Positions 39,939-51,775 of a stretch of DNA of 64,000 nt are shown here, piece after piece; the stretch's first letter is position 1; every line of letters starts with the position of its first letter. The notes beneath the pieces were generated by a model. It was not told the DNA's origin, made no database searches, and saw only the letters and a program-made list of their open reading frames with translations. Position numbers and translations under genes: made by a program. The DNA is from Octopus vulgaris (taxonomy: Eukaryota), in the NCBI GenBank assembly GCA_951406725.2, contig OX597836.1, positions 13,764,001 to 13,828,000 of the forward strand. Reading direction: 5' to 3'.

Positions 39939-41474
39939 CATCCAGTCCACACTGTAAAGTGATTGGCATTCGGAAGGACATCCAGCTCTAAAAACATGCC
40001 AAAACTGACTTTGCCTGTATTGGTGCCACATAAAAAGCTCTCAGTCCACTCTGTGGGGTGGTCAGTATTAGGAAGGGCATCCAGCCATAAAAGCCATGCC
40101 AAAACAGACACAGAAGTCTGGTGCAGTCTTCTGCCTGGCCAGCTCTTGTCAAACTGTCCAACCCATGCCAGCATGGAAGGCAGACATTAAGCGATGATGA
40201 TGATGATATATATACACAATGAACTATCAGTTTCTGTCTACCAAATCCACTTACAAGGCTTTGGTCAACCCAGGGCTATAGTAAAAAGACACTTGAACAA
40301 GGTGCCGCACATAGGGATTGAGCCAGAGACCACATGGGTGGAAAGCGAGGTTGTCAACCACAGTCACACATGTGCATCAACATTCTCATGCCAGGAATTG
40401 AACTCGAGTTGCATGGGGTAAAGCCAAGAATCATGCGCAGGGGTCAATAAGTTTGACTAAAACCCTTCAGTGTGTTGCCCCAGCTTGGCTGCAGGCCAAT
40501 AACCGGGGGGGGGGGGAAGCTCATAGGTAAAAGAGAAACAAAATAACTGGGTGGTCTTCTTTTGAAATGTAATTTCGGGCCGTCAGCATATGTAACATCA
40601 ATTATACGCCAGTCAATTAGATGTAGGTTAATGAAAACGTAAGCGACATCGAAAATAGAAAATGGCCTAAACTGAAAATAACAGCTTGTTACTTTATTAC
40701 TAAAGTGCTACAGCAAAAAGAATGCTTTTATTCAATCTACATCATAGGAATACAATTATACCATATATGTATATATACGCTATATTTAAATTATATACAG
40801 TACATGCTTGCTTATATGTGACTTTTAAGAATATATACAAAACAAAAAAAGTAGTAGGTGTGAGTGAGTAAAACTGGTAGGAAAAAACAGCAGCAGACAG
40901 GAGTTTTATTCACCAATTGCCATGGCTAAATAAACAGTCCGCAGAAAATATATAAAAAAAGAAAAGAAAGCCACCCAAAAAAAATTAAAAAATAAAGATA
41001 AAATGAAAACTATCGCACTTCCACAGACTTGCCATAGCAACAAGTTCACAGAAGCCGAAACCAAAGTAACAAAATAGCAACAACAAAAAAGTCATTGTTT
41101 GCCATTTATAAAGACTTTTCTTAAAGATATAATTACTACGACAGGTGGTTGGCGGGGGGGGGGGCAGTTCGTTTGCTGGGTTGGTTTTTAAGATTTGCTG
41201 GGGGTTTTTGCAGTTGTTTTTCTTTTTGTTTAGCTTCCTTGTGGGAGAGTTTTCTTACATAATAATCCTGTACAGATTATCCTGCACCTCTGTAAGTGGT
41301 AATTCCCTTCTTGCTATTTCCATGAATAAAGTGAGTGCCTTAACCCTTTTCTTACCATATTTCTGTTCAAATAGACTGCTTTTGTTTTAGTTCATTTTCA
41401 AAAATAGGGACAGGCCAATCAAAGTTTAGTGAGTAGATTTGGTACACGGAAACTGAAAGAAGCCCATTGTATAA

Positions 41475-41515
<41 letters not shown>

Positions 41516-41520
<5 letters not shown>

Positions 41521-41640
41521 AAGATGCTGGGATATTTTCCAACATTTCTTAACATGAAACCATTGGTAGCCTTAATTTACAAATAAAGAACTGATATCCA
41601 CCAATGCCGTGTTGAGCACTCATTTTCATCGTTCGACATT
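41516..41640 (+). mobile_element. 5'-truncated hammerhead/pLTR-like fragment in (TA)n
   Basis: Stem II ATGTTAAGA/TCTTAACAT, then GAAA-CCATTGG-TA-GCCTT and a tail similar to 9430-9510. Confidence 0.5.
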
Positions 41641-41668
41641 TATGTACGCATATATATATGTGTGTGTG

Positions 41669-41716
<48 letters not shown>

Positions 41717-41718
<2 letters not shown>

Positions 41719-42100
41719 CTCTTTTACTTGTTTCAGTCGTTTGACTATGGCCATGCTGGCGCACCGCCTTCAGTCAAGCAAATCGACCCCAGGGCTTATT
41801 CTTTGTAAGCCTAGTACTTATTCTATCCATCTCTTTTGCCAAACCACTAAGTTATGGAGACGTAAACACCCCAGCATCGGTTGTCAAATGATGTTGGTGG
41901 GGGACAAACAGAGACACACAAACACATATATAGACATATATAAGACGGGCTTCTTTCAGTTTCGGTCTACCAAATCCACTCACAAGGCTTTGGTTGGCTT
42001 GAGGCTATAGTAGAAGACACTTGCCCAAGGTGCCACGCAGTGGGACTGAACCCGGAACCATGTGGTTCATAAGCAAGCTACTTACCACGCAGCCACTCCT
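41717..42100 (-). mobile_element. tRNA-derived CORE-type SINE
   Basis: Same family, reverse orientation. Confidence 0.85.
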
Positions 42101-42121
42101 TGATTAATATATATATATTAA

Positions 42122-42315
42122 TCAAAGTGTACAGTATTATATATCCATTATTGCTGATCTTACCAACTACTTTCACACTAGCGGCTCAGTTATGTAATCC
42201 TATGCTCATCGGAGATGGCCATTATGGAATGAAATATGGTGACTGTTAAACCCCTTGTGCAAAACTGATTGATATAATCAGCTGTAATGGGTATATAATA
42301 CTGTACACTTCGATG
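42122..42315. repeat. Imperfect fold-back beside (TA)n
   Basis: AAGTGTACAGTATTATATATCCATTA versus TAATGGGTATATAATACTGTACACTT. Confidence 0.65.
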
Positions 42316-43015
42316 TATATACTCATTCTGCTGACAGATATGAGAGCATTTTTTCTGTACTTAGTCACCTTACACACACACATATACTATGTATGTATGT
42401 ATTGTATTGTATATGTATGTATATATGGTATATGTATGTATGTATGTATTGTATATGTATGTATATATGGTATATGTATGTATGTATGTATTGTATATGT
42501 ATGTATGTATATCTATGTGTGTATGTGTGCCCCACCACCACCACCACTTGACAGCTGATGTTGGTGTGTTTACATCCCTGTAACTTAGCAGTTCAGTAAT
42601 AGAGACTGATAGAATAAGTACCAGGCTGAAAAAAATAAGAAGTACTGGGGTCAAACCATACGGCTAAAAATTCTTCAAGACGTGCCCCAGCATGGCCGCA
42701 GTCTGACGACTGTAACAAGTGAAAGATAAAAGATTGATTATTAAGCTGGGCTTTGGAAGAAAAATTAGCAGGAAATTTTGATGAAAGGTTTTAATTTTGA
42801 CCCCTTTTTTAAAGAAGTTTGTATTATAGAATCTGGGACAGTGATGAGCAGCTTGGGGTCAACAGGGTTTATTGATCTTTTAAGTCTTTTATCTTTCTTC
42901 GTGATAGTATCGAATGCGCTTTGTGTACTTTGAGTTCCAGAGTTAAAAACGGTTTATTTGTTATCTTTTGAAGTTGCTAAAATCAATATCTTATAATGTA
43001 AACGTAAGTATTTAC

Positions 43016-43148
43016 CTTTTAAGCATTTCTTATAGACGTTCCTTTCTTCAAGTTTCTGTTGTAGCGTGCAGAATTCTCGAAACCTGCGTTTCACTTTGCC
43101 AGTTTTTGTAGAAAGTTCCCCATTTTCAGACACATATGACGCATCATA
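43016..43148 (-). CDS. SNX19: SNX19-like sorting nexin, internal exon (PX domain): YDASYVSENGELSTKTGKVKRRFREFCTLQQKLEERNVYKKCLK
   Basis: ttttacag acceptor and gtaaat donor; PX 'RR(Y/F)REF..LQ.KLEE' motif; phase-1 end fits the exon at 23400-23497. Most 5' exon I could identify. Confidence 0.9.
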
Positions 43149-43237
43149 CTGTAAAAACAAATAAAAAAAGACACATATATATATTTAGATATTGAGATAG
43201 GATTTTGATACAAGCTATGACACACGACTAACATTAA

Positions 43238-43459
43238 CCCTTTCGTTACCATATTTATTTTGAGATGCTCTGTGTATCTTTTAATTAATTTTAAATATAA
43301 CAAAGAATTTAATAAAATAACATAGTTACCATTAAGCTAGTGTTAGGAACATAAACTGTGACTAAGGTTTGGTGGAAGATTTTAATGCAGAAGTTTTGAA
43401 AATAAGACATTTGTACTACAGAGCCAGAGGCGGTTTCAGGCAGGTTATTATCAAAAGGG
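43238..43459. mobile_element. piggyBac-like MITE
   Basis: TTAA target duplication; CCCTTT/AAAGGG termini; second copy at 50569-50790. Confidence 0.8.
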
Positions 43460-43863
43460 TTAAACACTATTTATTATAGTTCAATCCAATGTATATCTGT
43501 ATTATCACTTAGTCTGAAGAATTACTAATAGATGTCTTATATGTTTTTCTACATGTATACCTATATAACTCCTATTAGTAATGAAACATATGTGATGCAG
43601 AATAAATAATACCAACAATTTTTTCTAGTTATCTGTTAGGTGTGGCAATATGGTAAGAACTATACATATATATATATATGTATAAAAATTAGAAAAAACC
43701 CACCTATTATATACGTTTTTATTATTATCTTTTGCAATTTACTTAATCTTTGACATTTTATTGTTATTTTAATTTTAATTTTTCTATTATATGTAATTTT
43801 CTAGATGGTGTAATTTAATTGTTCATTTTGAATTGATAAAAAGTGTTTTTTTTCTAATTTTTT

Positions 43864-44023
43864 AGGAGTGGCTGTGTGGTAAGTAGCTTGCTAACCAACC
43901 ACATGGTTCTGGGTTCAGTCCCACTGCGTGGCATCTTGGGCAAGTGTCTTCTGCTATAGTCCCGGGCCGACCAATGCTTTGTGAGTGGATTTGGTAGACG
44001 GAAACTGAAAGAAGCCTGTCGTA

Positions 44024-44069
<46 letters not shown>

Positions 44070-44282
44070 TGTGTATGTGTTTGTCTCCCTAGCATTGCTT
44101 GACAACCGATGCTGGTGTGTTTACGTCCCCGTCACTTAGCGTTTCAGCAAAAGAGACCAATAGAATAAGTACTGGGCTTGCAAAAGAATAAGTCCCGGGG
44201 TCGATTTGCTGAACTAAAAGGCGGTGCTCCAGCATGGCCGCAGTCAAATGACTGAAACAAGTAAAAGAGAGTAAAAGAGAGA
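43864..44282 (+). mobile_element. tRNA-derived CORE-type SINE
   Basis: Same family. Confidence 0.85.
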
Positions 44283-44420
44283 ATATATTATATTGTGTGA
44301 AATTTGATTTAGTATTTCTAAATTGAATTTTTTTCCTTGTAAGTTTGGATTTTATTCCCTCAAATATATCATCATCATCATCATCATCATCATCGTTTAA
44401 CGTCCGTTGTCCATGCTAGC

Positions 44421-44453
<33 letters not shown>

Positions 44454-44989
44454 CCCATACACACACACATACATTTATGATGTTAGTCAACTCCTACAGG
44501 AGTATGACCATCACTGTGCAAAATTTTTAGGTCTAATAAGGCTTGTGCAACACCTCATAAACCTTCTCCACCCTAATGACATGGTCCAGAGACAAGCCAA
44601 GGCAAGATATCTGGTGCCAAAATGGGTTGCAGACTTAGGAATGTGGTTGCGAAATGAACCTTCACAGAACATTGAATGAGGACATGTTTTTGGTGGGGTT
44701 TTTGTTTTTTTTTTTTATCAGAGGTCTGCTGGATCAATACAGACTCAGAGTTAAACAACAATAACAACAACAACAACCTACATTTAAAACAAAAGATATA
44801 ATTCTGCTCTCCACAGGAGGACAGTGTAACTTTGTTTCCTGGTTGACCGACACGTCTGTCGCATCACTCACATCACTCACGTGTCTAATTAATGCAGTCT
44901 GGAATTGCAAATTGCGATGTGACAAGATTGTTTCTTCAAGATTGGATCTTTTCTTTTATTTTTATCCGACTTGTTTTTCCTGTACTGAA

Positions 44990-45965
44990 GGTATGATGAT
45001 GATGATGATGATGGTAGTGTGGGTGGTTGTGGTGGTGTGGGTGGTTGTGGTGGTGGTGGTGGTGGTGTGGGTGGTTGTGGTAGTATTAGTGTTTATGATG
45101 ATGATGACAATAAAGGTAGTGTCGGTGGTGGTGGTGGTGGAATTGAGGTTTACAATAGTGATCATAGTGGTGGTGATATTAATGCTTATGATGATGGTGG
45201 TGGTGGTGACAGTAGCGGTGGTAGAATTATTGATGTCTGTGATAGTAGTCATAGCAGTAATTACGTTACTGTTGGTGATGATGATGATTATGATGATGGT
45301 ATTGACAGTGGTGGTAGAGGGGGTAGTTGTTTGATGGTAGTGGTAGCATTGGTGTACAGATGATGATGATGGTAATGGTAGATATGGTGGTGTTGGTAGT
45401 GGTGGAGAGGGTGATAGTGGCAGTATTGGTTTTCATGATGGTGATGGTGGAGGTAGTGGTTGTAGTGAGGGTGGTGAGGGCGACAGTGGCAGTGAGAAAG
45501 ATAGTGGTGCTATTGGTGTTCAAGATGATGATGACAATGATGATGACAATGATGATGATGATGATGACGACGACGACGATGATGATGACGATGATGATGA
45601 TGACGACGTCGATGTTGACAATGATGACGATGACGACGACGATGATGACGATGATGACGATAATGATGATGATGACGACGATGAAGATGATAATGATGAC
45701 GATGAAGATAATGATGATGATGACGACAACGATGATGACGACGATGAAGATAATGATGATGACGATGACGATAACGATGATGATAATGATGACAATGATG
45801 TTGATGATTATGACAATGAAGATGACCGATGATGATGATGATGATGATGATGAAAAAGATGACAATGATGGTGACAACAACAGTGATAATGTTGATGATG
45901 ATGACAGTGAAAATGACGAAGATGATGATTATGATGACGACAAAGCGATAGTAATGATGATGGTA
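44990..45965. repeat. Degenerate (GGT/GAT/GAC)n trinucleotide tract
   Basis: Direct reading; similar tracts at 15085-15545, 16155-16590, 50110-50335, 51890-52480 and 52900-53140. Confidence 0.9.
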
Positions 45966-47055
45966 AAAACGCGGTGACATATGATTTAGACTAATTAAGT
46001 CTCATCAAAAAACCATTGTCCAATAAAAGCCTGTAGTCAGGAAATAGAGAAAAAAAGTTAATTAAACTCTCTTAATTGTTCTGTCGTAATGTTATGATTC
46101 CATTTATTGGTGTTGTTACTTTTCCCCAAATACAGAGCAAACAGCAGACAGACACACAGACAGATAGACAGACAAACAATCTGTTGAGGAAAGAGCTAGT
46201 GGTCAGACAGCATGTTAGAAATAGCAGCTAAATCTCGCTAGAAGAAGATTTGAAGAAGAAGAAGAAGAAGAAGAAGAAGAAGAAGAAAAAGAAGAAGAAG
46301 AAGAAGAAGAAGAAGAAGAATTGAAGAAGAATTGAAGAAAAAGAAGAAGAAGAAGAAGAAGAAGAAGAAGAAGAAGATGATGATGATAACAATGGCTTTA
46401 AATAATGTAGTTAGAGATAGGCTAAGACAGGATGGTCAAGATTAGAGTGCCCTTCATTACAGGTCTGCTCAGCCAGTACTAACCAGATGCTCAACAACAA
46501 CAACAGCAACAACAACAAAGGACAAACATACAGACAGACAGAGCCGGTCTCTAAGAAACGTTGCTGCCTACGGAGAATTTTCATAGCTTTGAGATTTCAA
46601 TGATATGATTGCTTAGTTTTAGAACGTCAAGAGGCCAGAACTGGTCAACTTGGACAAAAAACAGATAGAATATTCTAACCAGATATGCCTGGTTTAAATG
46701 CTAACAGGCTAAACAAAGGAAACTTGTGTGTGTATATGTGTGTGTGTGTATGTGTGTATAAATGTACCTGTTTGTATGGAGTCAAATGGCATGTATGTGT
46801 ACATATTAACTATATTTATATGTGTTCAAGTACATGTTTGCATGTAATCAATTATGTGTGTGTGATATCTATCTATTTATCTATCTATATATATATATAA
46901 ACAATACACACACACAATTATATTAACTATGATATCATTGTATATAACCACACATATACATACAAGTGTGTATAGATTGAAAGATATAGATATACATATT
47001 ATCTGAGTATATACATTACATACATAACACATATATAATAACTACATAAACACAT

Positions 47056-47105
<50 letters not shown>

Positions 47106-47224
47106 CATATACACATATATATATACAGACACACACACATATATACACATATATATATACATATACACACATATATACATACACACACATACATACATAC
47201 ACACATATATATATATACACACAC

Positions 47225-47255
<31 letters not shown>

Positions 47256-47610
47256 TATATATACACACACACAGAAGTATATATTTTATATACACACACA
47301 ACACTATATACATTGCTCACTTCCCACTCATTCCACCTCACACACACACAAACCGTATAGACACAGGCAGAACTGGTTTCTAAGAAACAAAGTTCCTAGT
47401 TGGAATTTACACAGAGACAAAAGCCAGCTTGAATTACATGCTGAACTTTGGAAAGGTCTTCTGTATATTTACTGTTCCAATGACAGCAATTTATACACGA
47501 TTTATCATTATGATTATTATTATTATTATTATTATTTTTATCTTTGCAACTGTACAAAAGCTTGATACTATCCGCGTAACAAACTTATCTTGAATATTAC
47601 CAGATGATAT

Positions 47611-47821
47611 ACTCTTTACTCTTTTACTTGTTTCAGTCATTTGACTGCGGCCATGCTGGAGCACCGCCTTTAATCGAGCAACTCGACCCCGGGACTTATT
47701 CTTTTGTAAGCCCAGTACTTATTCTATTGGTCTCTTTTTGCCAAACTGCTAAGTGACGGGGACGTAAACACACCAGCATCGGTTGTCAAGCAATGCTAGG
47801 GGGACAAACACAGACACATAA

Positions 47822-47873
<52 letters not shown>

Positions 47874-48036
47874 GACAGGCTTCTTTCAGTTTCCGTCTAC
47901 CAAATCCACTCACAAGGCATTGGTCGGCCCGGGGCTATAGTAGAAGACACTTTCCCAAGGTGCCACGCAGTGGGACTGAACCCGGAACCATGTGGTTGGT
48001 TAGCAAGCTACTTACCACATAGCCACTCCTGCGCCT
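47611..48036 (-). mobile_element. tRNA-derived CORE-type SINE, full length
   Basis: Same family; ends ...CCACTCCTGCGCC on the plus strand. Confidence 0.85.
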
Positions 48037-49235
48037 ATGTAGCAATTGTGTATATGTAATGAGTGTGCTTGTGTGTGTACGTGATTGCTTGTGCATGCAT
48101 GTGTGTGAGTGTGTGTGTATCAACCAAAGGCACACACACACCAGACCTTGGACAACCCACGTAATGAGACTAAACCTGGAATCATGTGATTGCAAAGTAA
48201 GCTTCTTCACCACACAGCCATGCCAGCATATCATCATCATCAGCATCACTCAAGCGTGTTTTCCATGCTGGCATGGGTTGGATGGTTTAACCAGAGCTTT
48301 TAAGGCCAGGGGCTGCACCAGGCTCCATTGTCTGTTCTGGAATGGCTTCTATGGCTGGATGCCCTTCTTAGCGCCAACCCCTCCACAGAGTGTATTTACA
48401 TATTGGCACATATTATCCATGTCAGTGATTCTTAACTGGGGTCCATATGACCCTTGGTGATCCATATGGCCCTTAGGGGCCCACACAAGATTTTGATGCT
48501 AAAGTTTATATGCAATAAATCAGTTATGCTTTTACAATACAAAAAATATTTTAACAATTTTTTTAATAGATAATTCCATCAGGCTAGCAATCATGAGGTA
48601 GTGTGTTCAATTCCTGGACTGGGTTGTGTGTTGTGTTCTTGAGCAAGACACTTTATTTCACGTTGCTCCTGTTTACTCAGCTGTAGAAATGAGTTGCAAG
48701 GTCACTGGTGCCAAGATGTATCAGCCTTTGCCTTTCCCTTGGATAACATTGGTGGCATGTAGAGGGGAGGCTGGTATGCATGGGCAACTACTGGTCTTCC
48801 ATAAAACAACCTCATCCGCACTTGTGCCTCAGAGGGTAACTTTCTAGGTGTAGGAGAAATCCCATGATCATTTGTGACCGAAGGTGGGGAGGTCTTTGTG
48901 AGTTCAATTCCTGAATCAGGCTGTGTGTTATGTTCTTGAGCAAGACATTCTATTTCACATTGCTCTAGTTCACTAAGCTGTAGAAATGAGTTGCAACGTC
49001 ACAGGTGCCAAGCTGTATCAGCCCCTTTGCCTTTCCTTTAGATAATATCAGTGGCGTGGAGAGGGGAGGCTGGTAAGCATGGGTGACTGCTGGTCTACCA
49101 TAAAACAACCCTGCCCACACTTGTGCCATGGAGGGGAACTACCTAGGTGCAATCCCATTGTCATTCATGACCAAAGGGGTAAAGGCTTTTTAGGGTAAAC
49201 CTTTTACCTTATAATATCTAATTATAAAAATAAAG

Positions 49236-49391
49236 TATTCTGTTGTGTCTGAAGAGAGTCATTTCCTTTCTGTGCCTTATAACACACGCACTGGTAAAAT
49301 TTCCACAGGAAATAAGTGGAAATTTTACCGGTGAGTGTGTTACATTATAAGGCACAGAAAGAAAACGACTCTCCCCAGACACAACAGAATA
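49236..49391. repeat. Imperfect inverted repeat, ~70-bp arms, 9-nt loop
   Basis: TATTCTGTTGTGTCTG...AAATTTCCAC versus GTGGAAATTT...CAGACACAACAGAATA. Confidence 0.85.
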
Positions 49392-50146
49392 TGCTTCAAC
49401 ACACAAACTCATACAAAGAATCTTGCAAAGCAAATCCCAAAACGAAAACTAAAGTATGACTTTTCTTTAAACATTGAATCGTTTATGAGGGTCCAGTAGA
49501 GCAAAAAAAAGGGAACCGAAAGTGAAAGAACAAAATGACTGAGAACCACTGAGTTATGCTTTTATTCCCATGCTGACCTGATCCACACAACCCTCGTGCT
49601 GTCGCTAAGGAAGTAGGAGATATACCAGATGACATTGAGGAAGTAAACCATTCAGGAACAGGTCTAAATCGAGGACTGATAAAAAAAAAATAGGTATAAG
49701 TCATAAGAATGTATTTTTAATGGGAGTTTAAAAACCATCATTAATGAAAATAATAATAATAATAATAAATGAAGAAGCAAAGTGCCTGCCTTCAGGGGTA
49801 GGCCATCATCAAAAATAGTTATTTCCACCCACCAGGTCAACAGTATAAAATAGAATGAAAATGAAAAAAAGAAATGAAACAAAAATAAATTGTGAGTAAA
49901 AATATTTTTTTAAAAATATCTTCTACAAGAGTAATAATACCTGTCACGCACACATACATACACAAACCACAGTCATGTACAGTAGAAATGCTCACATATA
50001 CATACATACATACAGTACATACGCATAGAGGAACGGCATGGCAGCTAAGTGGTAGTTTCCTTAGGTGTTATTAAGCATACACTTGAAGTATATTGCATAA
50101 AGTATAGAGTAGTGGTGGCAGATAATAATAATGATGATGTTGATGG

Positions 50147-50177
<31 letters not shown>

Positions 50178-50568
50178 AGGGATGGTGGTAGATGATGATG
50201 ATGATGATGGTGGTGGAGCTGGTGGTGGTGGTGGTAAATAATGATGATGATGGTAGATGATGATGATGTGATGGTGGTGATGGTAGTGATGGTGGTAAAT
50301 AATAAAGATGATGGTGGTGGTGGTGGTGGTGGTCGAAGAAAGAAGTGGATGTGTTAAAAAACAAAATCAGAATCACAAGACAAAACAACAACAACAACAA
50401 CAACAATTAGGTTTTAAGAGAGAGTATTAAGAGAGAAGAGTGGGGATGGGGGAAATGAGAAGAAGAGGGAGAGGAGGAGGAACAGGAGAAAGTCTTATTT
50501 TCCACTTTTGTATAACTGCATGAAGATATAATGAAGACAGTGGTGGTGGTTATACAGGGTGGTCTTAA

Positions 50569-50790
50569 CCCTTTCGTTACTGTATTTATTTTGAGATGTT
50601 CTCTGTTTCATTCAGTTAATTTTGAATATAACAAAGAATTTAGTAAAGGAACTTAGTTATCATTAAACTAGTATTGGTAACATAAATTGTGACTAAGGCT
50701 TGGTGGAAGATTTTAATTCAATACTTATGAAAGTAAGACATTTGTACTAGAGAGCCAGAGGCAGTTTTAGCCGGGTTGGTATCAAAAGGG
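50569..50790. mobile_element. piggyBac-like MITE, nested in a mariner TIR
   Basis: TTAA-CCCTTT...AAAGGG-TTAA; same length and similar sequence to 43238-43459. Confidence 0.8.
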
Positions 50791-51197
50791 TTAAAGTCTG
50801 GACACAGGCAAAATGTATATTTTCAAGAAATGCACATAAAATTTTCAACATTTTATTCAGTTGGAATCATCACCATCATCATCACCACATCATCATCGTC
50901 GTTTAACATCTGCTTTCCATGCTGGCATGGGTTGGAAGGTTTGACAGGAGCTGATGAGACCACTGTGTCTGTTTTGGTATGGTTTTTACACCTGGATGCC
51001 CTTTCTATCACAAACCACCCAGCAGTATGGACTGAGTGCTTTTCACCTGGCACAAGCACAAGTGAGGTCAGTTTTGGCACGGCTTTTACTGCTGGATGCC
51101 TTTCCAAATGCCAACCATTTTTACAGTATGAACTGGATGCTTTTTTAAGTGGCACCAGCATGGGATGGGTCACATGCGAGACAAGGAATTATAAGAG

Positions 51198-51468
51198 GGG
51201 AGGGGGCATTGGAGGAGGGGAGGGCCATTGGAGGAGGGGAGGGGCATTGGAGGAGGGGAGGGGCATTGGAGGAGGGGAGGAGCATTGGAGGAGGGGAGGA
51301 GCATTGGAGGAGGAGAGAGGTTGGAGGAGGAGAGAGGGCATTGGAGGAGGGGAGGGGCATTGGATGAGGGGAGGGGCATTGGATGAGGGGAGGGGCATTG
51401 GTGGAAGGGAAGGGCATTGGAGGAGGGGAGGGGCATTGGAGGAGGGGAGGGGGCATTGGAGGAGGGGA
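51198..51468. repeat. 18-bp G-rich minisatellite (GGCATTGGAGGAGGGGAG)n, about 15 units
   Basis: Direct reading. Confidence 0.92.
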
Positions 51469-51534
51469 TCTCATGTCAGAGGATGAAAGGTTAGAGTGAG
51501 ACAGCCACAGAGACAGAGAAAAAGGTGTCTTGCC

Positions 51535-51775
51535 AATAACAAATAACATCTTCAATATGGTTTCTACAATTTGTGATGCAGAGGTCAATGCACTTTGCAA
51601 GATTTATGAGAACGCAATGCAACAATCGCTCACTGGCCTCAATTTGAGCACATTCACTCTTTATGCGTTCCATCAAGTGTGCTGCATCTATGATTTTCAT
51701 TGAGTACACTTTCTCCTTTAGCGGACCTCAGAAAAAGAAGTCAAAGGGGCTGAGGTCTGGTGAGATTTCTAGCAA
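51535..51775 (-). pseudogene. Tc1/mariner transposase C-terminal remnant
   Basis: SPDLSPFDFFF*GPLKEKVYSMKIIDAAHLMERIKSECAQI...HIEDV fits the 'SPDL.P.DFF.WG.LK.KVY' motif with W mutated to stop; likely TIR TA-CAGGGTGGTC at 50554. Confidence 0.85.

Noticed and set aside
44734-44990. Unique segment as an upstream SNX19 exon
   Set aside because: All frames from the nearest acceptor hit stops, and the peptide has no PX/PXA similarity.
50071-50112. 'LYTLCNILQ' as the missing PX 'YTLY' exon
   Set aside because: Preceded by a (CAC/CAT)n tract with no acceptor or PX-like upstream residues; probably chance.
50776-51600. 236-aa and 151-aa Gly/Pro-rich ORFs
   Set aside because: Composite of a retroposon and an 18-bp minisatellite.
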